A stretch of DNA of 64,000 nt, taken from an uncultured delta proteobacterium. Lineage in GTDB: Bacteria; Desulfobacterota; Binatia; Binatales; Binataceae. Shown here piece by piece: positions 46,937 through 58,814 of the stretch; positions within the stretch are counted from its first letter, which is position 1, and each line of letters opens with the position of its first letter. The translations under genes were made by a program, and so were the position numbers. The notes beneath the pieces were generated by a model, which saw only the letters and a list, made by a program, of their open reading frames with translations, had not been told where the DNA came from and did not search any database. The stretch is from positions 544,001 to 608,000 of the forward strand of contig CAWCDG010000004.1 of assembly GCA_963794325.1 (NCBI GenBank), given 5' to 3'.

Positions 46937-47740
46937 TCACGCCTGGTTCCTGATTCCCCGGACCACGAATTGCGGCAATACGAACAGAAACGATCCGCTC
47001 GCGACGGCGCGATCGATATCGGCGAACCAACCTTCGACCTCGGCCGCCGCGATCTTGCCGGAATCGCGAGCATACCGCGCGAAGCTGGCTTTCAGCATCG
47101 GCAACGAGCGTCCCGCAGTATCCGCGCCGGCATGAATTTCAACTTTCACATCGTCAAGACCGGCCGCGCGAAAGAGCCGATAGAGTTGCCGTCCAATCTG
47201 CGGCTCCCTGATAGCGATCGCCTTCGACGCCGCGAGGATTCGATCGCTGCGTTCACGACCGTCGCGACCGATGTCGAGCGCGATCATGTCCCAGTCGCTG
47301 TCAACCGCGACGACCACCCCGCCCGGCGCGGTCACGCGGGCCATTTCCGCGACAGTATCGGCTGCGGAATCGACATATTCAAGGACGTTTTTGCACCACA
47401 CCCGGTCGAATGAAGCGTCGGGAAACGGGAGTGGTGGAAACGCACTATGCACGAACTCCGCCGGCAGCTTCGCTTCGCGTGAACGTGCGCTGGATCGCTC
47501 GACGAATTCCGCGTTGATATCGACACCGGTCACCTTGCCGCCGGGAGCGACGCGCCGTGCGAGCTCGAAGGTGGTGTGACCTGGTCCCGAGCCAACATCT
47601 AACACTCGCAAACTCGCTTTGAGATCGAGCGGGCGCAGCAGCGGCTCCATCGCGGGATGATACGCAAGGATCTTGTCGTACGCGCTGTGGCGGTCGGAGT
47701 CGATATCGACCCAGTGCTGCTTGTAATAAGGCTCAGGCAT
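46937..47740 (-). CDS. Class I SAM-dependent methyltransferase
   Basis: VLDVGSGPG, LPFPDASFD, EMARVTAPGG, DSDWD. Confidence 0.9.
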   Translation of the reverse strand: MPEPYYKQHWVDIDSDRHSAYDKILAYHPAMEPLLRPLDLKASLRVLDVGSGPGHTTFELARRVAPGGKVTGVDINAEFVERSSARSREAKLPAEFVHSAFPPLPFPDASFDRVWCKNVLEYVDSAADTVAEMARVTAPGGVVVAVDSDWDMIALDIGRDGRERSDRILAASKAIAIREPQIGRQLYRLFRAAGLDDVKVEIHAGADTAGRSLPMLKASFARYARDSGKIAAAEVEGWFADIDRAVASGSFLFVLPQFVVRGIRNQA

Positions 47741-47753
47741 GGCTGATGACCGT

Positions 47754-48626
47754 TCAGACGAGTCGGAGTTCCTTCATCGCGACGCGCAGTTTCTCGGCGG
47801 GACCGGCGGTCATCGGGACCAGCGGCATCCGCAACTCGTTGGCGCATTTGCCCATGAACGCGAGGGCCTGCTTGATGGGAATCGGATTTGTTTCGACGAA
47901 CAGCGCACGCATCAGCGGCAGCAGCCGGAAATGGATCTCGCGAGCCTTCGCCAAATCACCAGCCAGCGCGGCGGCCGCGAGATCGTGCATCTCGCGCGGA
48001 ACGATATTGCTGCAGGTGCAGATCACACCCTTCGCGCCGAGCGCGATGAGGGGGAGCGTGAGCGCGTCGTCGCCGGACAGAATCGTTATCCGGTCGCCAC
48101 ACATCTTTAAGATGTCCGAGGACTGATCCATCGAGGCCGACGCTTCCTTGATGCCGACGATGTTCTTGATCTCAGCGAGCCGCGCCACCGTCTCCGGCAA
48201 AATGTTCGACGCCGTGCGTCCGGGGATGTTGTACATGAACAGCGGGAGATCGACGCTCGCCGCGATCGTCTTGTAATGGCGGTAGATGCCATCCTGGGTC
48301 GGCTTGTTGTAGTAGGGCGACAGCAGCAGCGCGCCGTCCGCGCCCATCTCGCGCGCGGCCGCAGTCAGACGAATCGCCTCGGCAGTCGAGTTCGATCCGG
48401 TGCCCGCGATCACCGGGACGCGCTTTCGCACCTGCTCGATCGTGAGCTTGATTACGCTGTCGTGCTCGGCGTGCGTGAGCGTCGCGGATTCACCGGTCGA
48501 ACCGCACGGGACCAGCCCGTCGATTCCGCTCTGAATCTGCCATTCGATCAGGTCGCGCAACGCAGGCGCGTCCACCTCGCCGTCGCGAAACGGCGTGACC
48601 AGAGCAGTCAGTGCGCCATTGAACAT
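47754..48626 (-). CDS. dapA: 4-hydroxy-tetrahydrodipicolinate synthase
   Basis: TALVTPF, GSTGES, PYYNKP, YNIPGRT, GIKEAS, ETNPIP. Confidence 0.96.
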   Translation of the reverse strand: MFNGALTALVTPFRDGEVDAPALRDLIEWQIQSGIDGLVPCGSTGESATLTHAEHDSVIKLTIEQVRKRVPVIAGTGSNSTAEAIRLTAAAREMGADGALLLSPYYNKPTQDGIYRHYKTIAASVDLPLFMYNIPGRTASNILPETVARLAEIKNIVGIKEASASMDQSSDILKMCGDRITILSGDDALTLPLIALGAKGVICTCSNIVPREMHDLAAAALAGDLAKAREIHFRLLPLMRALFVETNPIPIKQALAFMGKCANELRMPLVPMTAGPAEKLRVAMKELRLV

Positions 48627-48653
48627 CGTTCGAAGCCTCCCGCCTTTTTCATT

Positions 48654-49547
48654 TCACTTTTTCACTGGGACCATTTCGTCGGCGCCCAGCTCGACTGCGC
48701 CGCTAAAAACCTCGATGGCGTTGCCGGTCATGAAGACGTGATTCGCATCGGCGCCGTCGGCACGCCATTCGACTTCAAGATTGCCGCCGCGCAACTCGAC
48801 GGTCGCGGTCCGTTCGCAATGATTGGTGAGCACCGCTGCAACCAGCGCGGCGCAGGCTCCAGTTCCGCATGCCCAGGTTTCGCCCGAGCCGCGCTCCCAT
48901 ACACGCATCTTAAGATTGCGGCGCGAGGTTGCGAAAATGAACTCAGTATTCACGCGGCGGGGAAAAAACGGGTGATGCTCGAACTCGCGGCCCAGCGCGG
49001 CGAAATCGCGATCCTGAAGCTTGAAGACACCGTCATCGGCAACGAACAAAACGCAGTGCGGATTACCCATCGAGACCGCCGTGATCGACTCGCGGCGGCC
49101 TGCAACCTCGAGTGGGTAGTCTATGATTCGGCCGTCTGCTTTCACCGGGATGTCGCGGCCTTCGAGAATCGGTTCGCCCATATCGACCGTCGCGCTGACA
49201 ACGCGGCGGCCTTCGAGCCGGAGCGCGACCGTCTTCAGCCCAGCGTCAGTCTCGACGACCATTGGATTGGCGCGGACCAGGCCGCGCTCGAACGCGAGCC
49301 GCGCGAGGCATCGAATTCCGTTGCCGCACATGTCGCCGCGGCTGCCGTCCGCGTTGTACATCTCCATTCGGATGTCGGCATTGCTCGACGGCGCGAGCAT
49401 GATCAAGCCGTCGGCACCGATCCCAAAGTGACGATCAGAAAGTTTGACGGAGAGCGCTGGCGGATCGGCGGGACGCGCGCGCATCGCGACTATATAGATG
49501 TAGTCGTTGCCGCATCCGTGCATTTTGGTGAATTCAAGCGTTGCCAT
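48654..49547 (-). CDS. dapF: Diaminopimelate epimerase
   Basis: FTKMHGCGND, MCGNGIRC, SMGNPH, WERGSGETWACGTG. Confidence 0.97.
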   Translation of the reverse strand: MATLEFTKMHGCGNDYIYIVAMRARPADPPALSVKLSDRHFGIGADGLIMLAPSSNADIRMEMYNADGSRGDMCGNGIRCLARLAFERGLVRANPMVVETDAGLKTVALRLEGRRVVSATVDMGEPILEGRDIPVKADGRIIDYPLEVAGRRESITAVSMGNPHCVLFVADDGVFKLQDRDFAALGREFEHHPFFPRRVNTEFIFATSRRNLKMRVWERGSGETWACGTGACAALVAAVLTNHCERTATVELRGGNLEVEWRADGADANHVFMTGNAIEVFSGAVELGADEMVPVKK

Positions 49548-49552
49548 CGCGT

Positions 49553-50812
49553 TCACGCCGTCTTCAGGTCAACCATATGTTCGCCGCGAATCTGATCCTC
49601 GAAAGTATCGCGCTCACGAATCACGTGCACGTCGGCGCCGTCAACGAGAACTTCGGGCGCGCGCGGGCGGCTGTTGTAGTTCGACGACATGACGAAGCCG
49701 TAGGCGCCGGCGCTCATCACGGCGAGCAGGTCGCCCTCCTCGGGCATAGCCATCTCACGCTCACGCGCAAAGAAATCGCCGCTCTCGCAAACCGGACCGA
49801 CGATATCCGCAGTCACGGTTTTGCCCCGCTTGCGCCGATCGACCGGAACGATCTCGTGATACGCTTCGTAGAGCACCGGACGAATCAAATCGTTCATCGC
49901 GCCGTCGATGACGACGAAGCGTTTCACGTCGGTTTCTTTATTGTAAAGCACCTTCGTCACGAGCATGCCCGCGTTGCCAACCATCACGCGTCCCGGCTCG
50001 GTGATAATCCTGAGCCCGAGACCCACGATCGGCTTCAGCAGCGCGTGCGCGTATTCCGACGGTGGCGGAGGCTGCTCCTGATAGGGGATTCCGAGGCCGC
50101 CGCCGAGATCGAGATACTTGAGCGCGATTCCCGCATTGCGGAGACGCCCGACGATGGCGGCAACCTTCTGTCCCGCTTCGGCAAATGGCGCCATCTCGGT
50201 TATCTGCGATCCGATGTGCGTGCTCAGCCCAACGATTTCGAGCTGTGCCAGCGCCGCCGCCTCAGCGTAATACTCGTCAACCTGCGAGAGCGGCACACCG
50301 AACTTGCTGTCGCGATGCCCGGTTGAAATGTGCGGATGCGTCCCCGGATCGAGATCGGGATTCACGCGCAGACTAACCGGCGCGCGATGCTTCATCCGCC
50401 CCGCGACTTCCGCGATGCGGTGCAGCTCGGGGCGCGACTCGACGTTGATCATGAGGATGCGGGCTTTGAGCGCAGCCTCGATTTCCTCGTCAGTCTTGCC
50501 GACACCCGAGAAGACAATCTTGCGCGGGTCCGCGCCGACCCGGAGGCATCGCATCAGCTCGCCGACCGACACGATGTCGAATCCGGCGCCCATCGAATCG
50601 AACAATTTCAGGATGCTCAGATTCGAGAGCGCCTTCATCGCATAGCAGATCAGATGATCGGTGCCGGCAAAAGCCTCGTCGAACACCCGGTAATGCCGCC
50701 TGAGAGTGCGCGCGCTATAAACGAAAAAGGGAGTGTTGATTCGCCTCGCCAGGTCGGCGATCGGCACGTCTTCCGCGTAAAGTTGATCGTTGCGGTATTC
50801 GAAGTAGTTCAT
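49553..50812 (-). CDS. lysA: Diaminopimelate decarboxylase
   Basis: YAMKA, FSGVGK, HIGSQ, EPGR, GPVCESGD, SNYNSRPR. Confidence 0.97.
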   Translation of the reverse strand: MNYFEYRNDQLYAEDVPIADLARRINTPFFVYSARTLRRHYRVFDEAFAGTDHLICYAMKALSNLSILKLFDSMGAGFDIVSVGELMRCLRVGADPRKIVFSGVGKTDEEIEAALKARILMINVESRPELHRIAEVAGRMKHRAPVSLRVNPDLDPGTHPHISTGHRDSKFGVPLSQVDEYYAEAAALAQLEIVGLSTHIGSQITEMAPFAEAGQKVAAIVGRLRNAGIALKYLDLGGGLGIPYQEQPPPPSEYAHALLKPIVGLGLRIITEPGRVMVGNAGMLVTKVLYNKETDVKRFVVIDGAMNDLIRPVLYEAYHEIVPVDRRKRGKTVTADIVGPVCESGDFFAREREMAMPEEGDLLAVMSAGAYGFVMSSNYNSRPRAPEVLVDGADVHVIRERDTFEDQIRGEHMVDLKTA

Positions 50813-50902
50813 GGCGCTGTCGCGATACGAAAGATCGTTTCTATCATAGCGCGGCCCGGCGAATAAACGGACATTCGCGGCAGTCTCGGGGCCTCCCCGA
50901 TG

Positions 50903-51409
50903 CTATTGAATCGGAACAGGTGTAGGCACGACGAAATTTTCAGGATTGGGCGGCGCCGACGCATTCTTGCGGACGATCGTCACGTCGTTGGACGGCTCGC
51001 TGACGTAACCGTCGGTGGTGCCGGAGGTCACCTGGTAATGATAGGTCTTGCCCATAATCGTCGAGCCGTCGATGAACTCGAATGTATTTTGGACCTGGAA
51101 ACGGCCCTGGTCGTTCACCTGGATGTCGCCGATCTTCGCGGCGGGCTTGCCCTCCTCCGCACGCGAGATTGTGAAGCTGCCGAGGTCCTTCATCTTCGCG
51201 CCACCGGCGTAGTTTTCAGGGCGATCCCAGGACAAGCGAATACCCTCTTTCGCGTTGGCGGCCTCGAGGCTGGCGATTTTTTCGGGACGTGCAGCCTCCG
51301 GTGGTATCGGCTGTGACTTGACGCCGCATCCGATGACGATCGCGCTGGCGAATGCGGCGATCGCCACTGTGAGCGTCAACCAATTCGCACGATGGTTTTC
51401 CCGATTCAT
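50903..51409 (-). CDS. Lipoprotein with a fibronectin type III-like domain
   Basis: IVIGCGVK...P lipobox; YHYQV...SEPSN; lies between argH and lysA. Confidence 0.75.
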   Translation of the reverse strand: MNRENHRANWLTLTVAIAAFASAIVIGCGVKSQPIPPEAARPEKIASLEAANAKEGIRLSWDRPENYAGGAKMKDLGSFTISRAEEGKPAAKIGDIQVNDQGRFQVQNTFEFIDGSTIMGKTYHYQVTSGTTDGYVSEPSNDVTIVRKNASAPPNPENFVVPTPVPIQ

Positions 51410-52788
51410 CGACGTCCGAGCTCCTTGAGGCGGCGCTTGACTGTGGACGGTGCCGGACCGCCTTCGATAGTGCGCCGCGCGATCGAGTTTTCCGCTCGAA
51501 GAAGCGCGATAGCATCGGCGCCAAACGCGCTCGAATGCTGCCGCAACTCGTCGATACTCAAATCTTCGAGCGTTCTGTCCGCTTGGGCTGTCTCGCGAAC
51601 GATAGCACCGACGATTTCATGCGCCTCGCGAAATGAAGTGCCGCGACCGACCAGGTATTCCGCAAGATCCGTGGCCAGCGCAAATCCGCCGGCCGCTGCG
51701 CGCATGCGCTTCGGGTCAAAGCGGAGCGCCGGCCACAACTTCGCAAACAGATCGAGCGCCGGCTTCAACGCGTCCAGCGCATCGAACACGCGCTCCTTGT
51801 CTTCCTGCAAGTCCGAATTATAGGCGAGCGGCAGGCCTTTCAAGACCGTCAGCATCGCGACCAGATCGCCAATCACGCGGCCAGTCTTGCCGCGAATCAG
51901 TTCGAGCAGGTCGGGATTCTTTTTCTGAGGCATCATCGAGCTGCCCGTCGAGAATTCATCGGGAAGCGCGGCGAAGGCGAACTCCGCGGTCGTCCAGAGA
52001 ATTATTTCCTCGCTCATGCGTGACAGATGCACCTGCGTGAGCGCGGCGGCCGAGAGAAAATCCACGACGAAGTCGCGATCCGACACCGCGTCCATGCTGT
52101 TGTTGGTGATCGCCTTGAATCCGAGCGCACGCGCGACCATCCGGCGATCGAGACGAAGCGTCGTACCAGCTAAAGCGCCTGCGCCAAGCGGCATGACAGC
52201 GGTGCGCGCCGCGGCCTGCTCGAAACGCTCGCGATCCCGCCCGAGCATTTCGACGTATGCAAGCAGATGATGCGCGAGCGTCACCGGCTGTGCCCGTTGC
52301 ATATGCGTATAACCGGGCATGATCGTGGCGACGTGTCGCCGCGCGAGCCGAATGAGCGTCGCGCGCAATTCGGCGACCAGCGCGATCACGCCGGCAATCT
52401 CGTCGCGCAGGAACAGGCGCATGTCGAGTGCGACCTGATCGTTGCGCGAGCGCCCGGTGTGCAGCATGCGCCCCGGCTCGCCAATCGATGCGATCAGCCG
52501 GCGCTCGATCGCGAGATGGATATCTTCATCTGCGATATCGAACTTGAACCGTCCACCAGCGATCTCATTTTCGATGCGCTCGAGTCCGCCGACGATCGCC
52601 CGCAGCTCGTTCGCCTTTAGCAATCCAACCTTCGCGAGCATTTGCGCGTGCGCGATCGATCCACGAATGTCGTGCCGAAAAAGCCGCCGGTCGAACGGCA
52701 ACGACGCCGTGAATTCTTCGACCTCGGGCAGACGGCCGCGCGCAAATCTTCCGCGGATGAGATTTTTCCGGCTGCGACGCACTTTCAC
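51406..52788 (-). CDS. argH: Argininosuccinate lyase
   Basis: HTGRSRNDQ, MPGYTHMQRAQP, GSSMMPQKKNPD. Confidence 0.97.
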   Translation of the reverse strand: MKVRRSRKNLIRGRFARGRLPEVEEFTASLPFDRRLFRHDIRGSIAHAQMLAKVGLLKANELRAIVGGLERIENEIAGGRFKFDIADEDIHLAIERRLIASIGEPGRMLHTGRSRNDQVALDMRLFLRDEIAGVIALVAELRATLIRLARRHVATIMPGYTHMQRAQPVTLAHHLLAYVEMLGRDRERFEQAAARTAVMPLGAGALAGTTLRLDRRMVARALGFKAITNNSMDAVSDRDFVVDFLSAAALTQVHLSRMSEEIILWTTAEFAFAALPDEFSTGSSMMPQKKNPDLLELIRGKTGRVIGDLVAMLTVLKGLPLAYNSDLQEDKERVFDALDALKPALDLFAKLWPALRFDPKRMRAAAGGFALATDLAEYLVGRGTSFREAHEIVGAIVRETAQADRTLEDLSIDELRQHSSAFGADAIALLRAENSIARRTIEGGPAPSTVKRRLKELGRR

Positions 52789-52822
52789 GATCAGACGAGC
52801 TGGGCGGTCCGCGACGCGATAG

Positions 52823-53002
52823 TCAATTGAGCGGCCGTAACTGGCACGAGCATCCGCGCGCCGCACAACTCATCGATCCGTCGGGATGCGTGATGTGGAC
52901 GTCCAGCTTGTGATGGCAGTGGTCGCAATCTCCGGTGCGCGGCGGACGAGGCACCAGCTTGGGCTGCGAGCGCACTGGTTTGAACTGGATGACTTTGCCC
53001 AA
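52823..53002 (-). CDS. Small 59-aa Cys/His-rich putative metal-binding protein (not in the ORF track)
   Basis: TTG start after AAGGA; MGKVIQFKPVRSQPKLVPRPPRTGDCDHCHHKLDVHITHPDGSMSCAARGCSCQLRPLN; fills the argG-argH gap. Confidence 0.65.
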   Translation of the reverse strand: MGKVIQFKPVRSQPKLVPRPPRTGDCDHCHHKLDVHITHPDGSMSCAARGCSCQLRPLN

Positions 53003-53007
53003 CTCGA

Positions 53008-54225
<1,218 letters not shown>

Positions 54226-54240
54226 GATTCTTAACGCGCG

Positions 54241-55185
54241 TCACTCCGGCGACGGCGAAGTAGTCTGCAAAATTTCGGGACGTATCAGCCAGACCATCAC
54301 GGCTTTCTGCGCATGCAGCCGGTTCTCAGCCTGATCGAGCACGACCGAGCGCGGGCCGTCGATCACGTCGTCGGTGATTTCCTCGCCACGATGCGCCGGC
54401 AGGCAATGCATCACAATCGCGCCCTTGCGCGCATGCTTCATCAACGCGTCGTTGACCTGAAAGCCCTTGAAGTCGCGCCGTCGCTGCACCGCTTCCTTCT
54501 CGCGGCCCATCGAGGTCCACGTATCAGTGTAAACGACGTCGGCGTCCTTCACCGCCTCGGCGGGATCGTCGGTGAGCGTGCCGATCTCTTCGTTGCGCAG
54601 GCGCTTCATGAAATCCTTATCGGGCTCGTAGCCCTTGGGACTCGCGAGCCGAAGCTCGAATCCCGCGAGCGCCGCCGCTTCGATCCAGCTCTGCGCGAGG
54701 TTGAAGCCGTCGCCCACGAACGCGACGCGCACTTTCCTGAGATCGCGTCCGAACCGTTCCTGCAGCGTCATCAGATCGGCGAGCAACTGGCATGGATGCA
54801 GCAAATCGGTGAGCCCGTTGATGACCGGGACGCTTGCTTCGCGCGCCAGCTCGACCGCGGTCTCATGCGAGAAAGTGCGAATCATGATCAAATCCACGGC
54901 GCGGGAAATGTTGCGCGCGACATCCTTGACCGATTCGCGCTCTCCGATACCGATATCATTCGGCGCGAGATAAATCGCATGCCCACCAAGCTGCGCCATC
55001 CCCGTCTCGAAAGTGACTCGCGTCCGCAGCGACGGCTTTTGAAATACCATCGCGAGCGTGCGGCCGCGCAGGTACGGATGTTCGAGTCCGATCTTGAGCT
55101 CGGCCTTCAGGCGCGCGCCGAGCGCGAGCAGTCCGTTGAGTTCCGCCGTCGATAGCGAGCTGAGATCGAGAAGGTCGCGTTTCAT
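54241..55185 (-). CDS. argF: Ornithine carbamoyltransferase
   Basis: FQKPSLRTR, HPCQ, WTSMG, HCLP, QAENR. Confidence 0.96.
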   Translation of the reverse strand: MKRDLLDLSSLSTAELNGLLALGARLKAELKIGLEHPYLRGRTLAMVFQKPSLRTRVTFETGMAQLGGHAIYLAPNDIGIGERESVKDVARNISRAVDLIMIRTFSHETAVELAREASVPVINGLTDLLHPCQLLADLMTLQERFGRDLRKVRVAFVGDGFNLAQSWIEAAALAGFELRLASPKGYEPDKDFMKRLRNEEIGTLTDDPAEAVKDADVVYTDTWTSMGREKEAVQRRRDFKGFQVNDALMKHARKGAIVMHCLPAHRGEEITDDVIDGPRSVVLDQAENRLHAQKAVMVWLIRPEILQTTSPSPE

Positions 55186-56381
55186 TTCGGGACTGGCACG
55201 CTCTTGAGCGCACTCTCGATAATCGCGAGGCCGGCGTCCGCTTCCTCGCGGGTGAGGTTCAGCGGCGGCAACAATCGCAGCACGTTGCCCGCAGTGCCAT
55301 TGACGAGCAGGCGGTGCTTGAGGCACGCCTCGACAATCGGACGCGGATCGTGCTTGAGCACCACCCCGATGATCATGCCGAGTCCGCGGACCTCGACGAT
55401 CCGATCGCACGAGCGCGCAAATTTACGGAGCCGCTCGAGGATATAGCCGCCGACGCTCGACGCGTTCTCGAGTACGCCGTCCTGCTCGAGCGCGTCGATC
55501 ACGCCGAGCGCTGCGGCGCATGCCACCGGATTTCCGCCGAAGGTGCTGCCATGGCTGCCCGGTGTGAAGCTCGACGCAATTTCGGCCTTCGCGATCATCG
55601 CGCCGATCGGAAGGCCACCGCCGAGCGCCTTGGCCAGCGTCACGATGTCGGGTTTGATGCTGACGTGCTCGTAGGCGAAGAAGCGGCCCGTGCGGCCCAA
55701 TCCGGTTTGTATTTCGTCGAGTATCAGCAGCAGCTTGTTGCGATCGCACCAGTCGCGCAGTCGCTTCAGGTAATCCGCGTGCGGCACGACCACGCCGCCC
55801 TCGCCCTGGATCGGCTCGACCATCACGCCGACGGTTTCGTCGCGCCGCGCACGGTCGAGCGCCGCGAGATCGTCGAATGGCACGAATCTGAAGCCGGGCA
55901 TCATCGGCTGAAACCCCTGATGGTACCGCTCCTGGCCGGTCGCGCTCACAGTCGCGAGGGTGCGTCCGTGGAATGAGCCGAGCGTCGTCACAATCTCGAA
56001 GCGCCCGCCGCCGGTGTCGCTGCCCCATCGTCGCGCGAGCTTTATCGCAGCCTCGTTGGCCTCGGCTCCACTGTTTCCTAAAAAGACCTGTCCGTTGCCG
56101 AAATGATTCGCCAGCCGCTCGACCAGTCGCGCCGTCGGCTCGGTATGAAAAACGTTGGAGACGTGCGTGAGCTTTTCCGCCTGTTCCTTGATCGCGCGCA
56201 CGACGCGCGGATTTCCGTGACCGAGGCTGGTGACCGCGAGGCCGCAGAAAAAATCGAGATAGCGGTTGCCGTCGGCGTCATAAAGATACGCGCCGTTGCC
56301 GCGCGCGAAGGCGAGCGGAAGGCATCCGTAAACGTCCACCATGTTGCGATGCGTGAGTTCTATTATCTCGGCGTTATTCAT
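55182..56381 (-). CDS. argD: Acetylornithine aminotransferase
   Basis: NSGAEANE, FHGRT, EPIQGEGG, DEIQTG, AKALGGG, HGSTFGGNP; arg operon context. Confidence 0.94.
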   Translation of the reverse strand: MNNAEIIELTHRNMVDVYGCLPLAFARGNGAYLYDADGNRYLDFFCGLAVTSLGHGNPRVVRAIKEQAEKLTHVSNVFHTEPTARLVERLANHFGNGQVFLGNSGAEANEAAIKLARRWGSDTGGGRFEIVTTLGSFHGRTLATVSATGQERYHQGFQPMMPGFRFVPFDDLAALDRARRDETVGVMVEPIQGEGGVVVPHADYLKRLRDWCDRNKLLLILDEIQTGLGRTGRFFAYEHVSIKPDIVTLAKALGGGLPIGAMIAKAEIASSFTPGSHGSTFGGNPVACAAALGVIDALEQDGVLENASSVGGYILERLRKFARSCDRIVEVRGLGMIIGVVLKHDPRPIVEACLKHRLLVNGTAGNVLRLLPPLNLTREEADAGLAIIESALKSVPVPK

Positions 56382-57319
56382 CGAGCTTTGCCGGCCTGTG
56401 CGCTCCGAGCGGTGTTCCTCAACGCCGACACTTTGGCGCGGCGCTGCACCACTTCGGTGCCGATTCCGGAGCGGGTGAAGATTTCGAGCAGGACAGCGTG
56501 CTTGTTGCGGCCGTCGATAATGTGGGTCTTCGCGACGCCCTTGTTCAGCGCCTCGATGCAACATTCGACCTTCGGAATCATCCCTTCATGAATCACGCCG
56601 CGCGCGATCAGGCGGCGCGCTTCGGCCGCGTCGAGGGTCGAGAGCAGTTTGCCGTCTTTATCTTTTACGCCTTCGACGTCGCTCAGCAGAATCAATTTTT
56701 CCGCCTTGAGCGCGGCTGCGATTTCGCCCGCCGCGGTGTCGGCGTTGATGTTGTAAGTCTGGCCGTCGCGGCCGAACCCGGTTGGCGCGATCACCGGAAT
56801 AAAATTGCTCGCCTCGAGCGTGCGCAACACTTCCGGATTGACGCGATCGACTTCACCGACGAGGCCGATATCGACCCGCGAGCGTTTGCCGTTGTCGTCG
56901 GTGACGACCATCCGCATCTTGCGCGAGCGAATCAGGTCGCCGTCCTTGCCCGACAGCCCGACCGCGCGGCCGCCCATCCGAGAAATCGTCGCAACGAGGT
57001 CCTTGTTGATTCTCTGAAGGACCATCTCGGCCGCTTCCATCGTCGCCGGATCGGTCACGCGCATTCCGCGCACGAAACGCGACTTGAGCCCGAGCTTGCC
57101 GATCAGTTCGGTAATTTGTGGGCCGCCGCCGTGCACGACAATCGGGTTGATGCCGACCAAATCGAGCAGCACGACTTCCTGCGCAAAACTTTCGCGCATC
57201 TCCTCGGTCTGCATCGCATGCCCGCCGTACTTGATGACGAACGTTTTCCCGCGAAAGCGCCGAATATACGGCAGCGCTTCGATCAGCACGTCGGCTCGAT
57301 TGTGGGTAGCCTCTTTCAC
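56378..57319 (-). CDS. argB: Acetylglutamate kinase
   Basis: IKYGG, VHGGGPQI, GMRVTD, NINAD, GMIPK. Confidence 0.97.
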   Translation of the reverse strand: MKEATHNRADVLIEALPYIRRFRGKTFVIKYGGHAMQTEEMRESFAQEVVLLDLVGINPIVVHGGGPQITELIGKLGLKSRFVRGMRVTDPATMEAAEMVLQRINKDLVATISRMGGRAVGLSGKDGDLIRSRKMRMVVTDDNGKRSRVDIGLVGEVDRVNPEVLRTLEASNFIPVIAPTGFGRDGQTYNINADTAAGEIAAALKAEKLILLSDVEGVKDKDGKLLSTLDAAEARRLIARGVIHEGMIPKVECCIEALNKGVAKTHIIDGRNKHAVLLEIFTRSGIGTEVVQRRAKVSALRNTARSAQAGKAR

Positions 57320-57423
57320 GCCCTAAGAGTTTCTCCAAAAAGAGAAATCAAAACAGTATTACACGCGCGGTGCAATGTGTTGCCTGCGTGGCGGTTAACA
57401 CCACTGTACCGGATGGACGGGAG

Positions 57424-58794
57424 CTACAGGATATAGCGCGACAAATCTTCGTCCTTGACGATTTCGTCGAGGCGGCCGTGAACGTATGCGGCGTCGATAG
57501 TCAGGTCGCGATCCGGCAGCTCCGGCGCGTTGAATGAGAGCTCTTCGAGCAGGCGTTCGAGCACCGTATGCAGCCGGCGTGCGCCTATATTCTCCGAGCG
57601 CCCGTTCACCTTGGCCGCGATTTCCGCCAACGCCGCGACGCCGTCCTCGGTGAAGCGCATGTGCACGCCCTCGGTCTCCATCAGCGCGACGTATTGGCGG
57701 GTCAACGCGTTCTCCGGCTCGGTCAGGATACGGATGAAGTCCTCTCGCGTGAGCGCCTTAAGCTCGACGCGAATCGGAAAGCGTCCCTGGAACTCTGGAA
57801 TCAGGTCCGACGGCTTCGAGGTGTGAAATGCCCCCGACGCGACAAACAAAATGTGGTCGGTCTTGACCGCGCCGTATTTCGTATTGACGGTCGAGCCTTC
57901 GACAATCGGCAGCAGATCGCGCTGCACGCCTTCGCGCGAGACATCCGGCCCGTGCGATTCGCGTCCGGCGATTTTGTCGATCTCGTCGATGAACACGATG
58001 CCCGATTGCTCGGCGCGCGTGACGGCCTCGTGCGCGACCGCGTCCATGTCCACCAGCCGCGCCGCTTCCTCCACGGTCAGCAACTCGAGCGCCTCGGGGA
58101 TTTTCACCTTGCGCGTGCGCGTCTTCTTGGGCATGAGCTGATTCATCAGCTCCTTCATGTTGAGGCCCATCTCCTCCATGCCTTGCGGCGTGAAGACTTC
58201 AATATTCGGCACGGCGTTCGCGCTGACTTCGAGCTCGACCTCGCGATCGTCAAGATGGCCGCCGTTGAGCAGCTTGCGCAATTTCTCGCGCGTGTCCTTG
58301 TGCGAGTTATTGTCCACTGCCTCGATATTCCCCTCGGGCGTGATACCGGCGGGACGGCGAACTTTGGTCGGGGCCGGGAACAGGATATCGAGCAATCGCT
58401 CCTCGGCATTCTCGCGCGCCTTGACCGCCACGCGATCGCGCGCCTCGTCGCGGACCATCTTGACCGCGATTTCTGCGAGATCGCGAATCATCGACTCGAC
58501 GTCGCGCCCGACGTAGCCGACCTCGGTGTAGCGCGAGGCTTCCACCTTGACGAATGGCGCCTGCGCCAGCCGCGCGAGTCGTCGAGCAATTTCCGTCTTG
58601 CCGACACCGGTCGGCCCGATCATCAGGATATTCTTGGGCGCGATTTCGTCGCGCAACTCGGGCGCGACATTCTGCCGGCGCCATCGATTGCGCAAGGCGA
58701 TCGCAACTGCGCGCTTCGCGTCATGCTGTCCGACGATATAGCGGTCGAGCTCCGAGACAATCTCGCGCGGCGTCATCACTTGGGGAACTGACAT
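57424..58794 (-). CDS. hslU: ATP-dependent protease ATPase subunit HslU
   Basis: [42 protein letters not shown]. Confidence 0.97.
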   Translation of the reverse strand: MSVPQVMTPREIVSELDRYIVGQHDAKRAVAIALRNRWRRQNVAPELRDEIAPKNILMIGPTGVGKTEIARRLARLAQAPFVKVEASRYTEVGYVGRDVESMIRDLAEIAVKMVRDEARDRVAVKARENAEERLLDILFPAPTKVRRPAGITPEGNIEAVDNNSHKDTREKLRKLLNGGHLDDREVELEVSANAVPNIEVFTPQGMEEMGLNMKELMNQLMPKKTRTRKVKIPEALELLTVEEAARLVDMDAVAHEAVTRAEQSGIVFIDEIDKIAGRESHGPDVSREGVQRDLLPIVEGSTVNTKYGAVKTDHILFVASGAFHTSKPSDLIPEFQGRFPIRVELKALTREDFIRILTEPENALTRQYVALMETEGVHMRFTEDGVAALAEIAAKVNGRSENIGARRLHTVLERLLEELSFNAPELPDRDLTIDAAYVHGRLDEIVKDEDLSRYIL

Positions 58795-58814
58795 TGGCTG
58801 GAAACTTCCTGAGG

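Noticed and set aside
52823-53002. CDHCH as a c-type heme-binding motif
   Set aside because: No signal peptide, and the additional His/Cys pattern fits a cytoplasmic zinc site better
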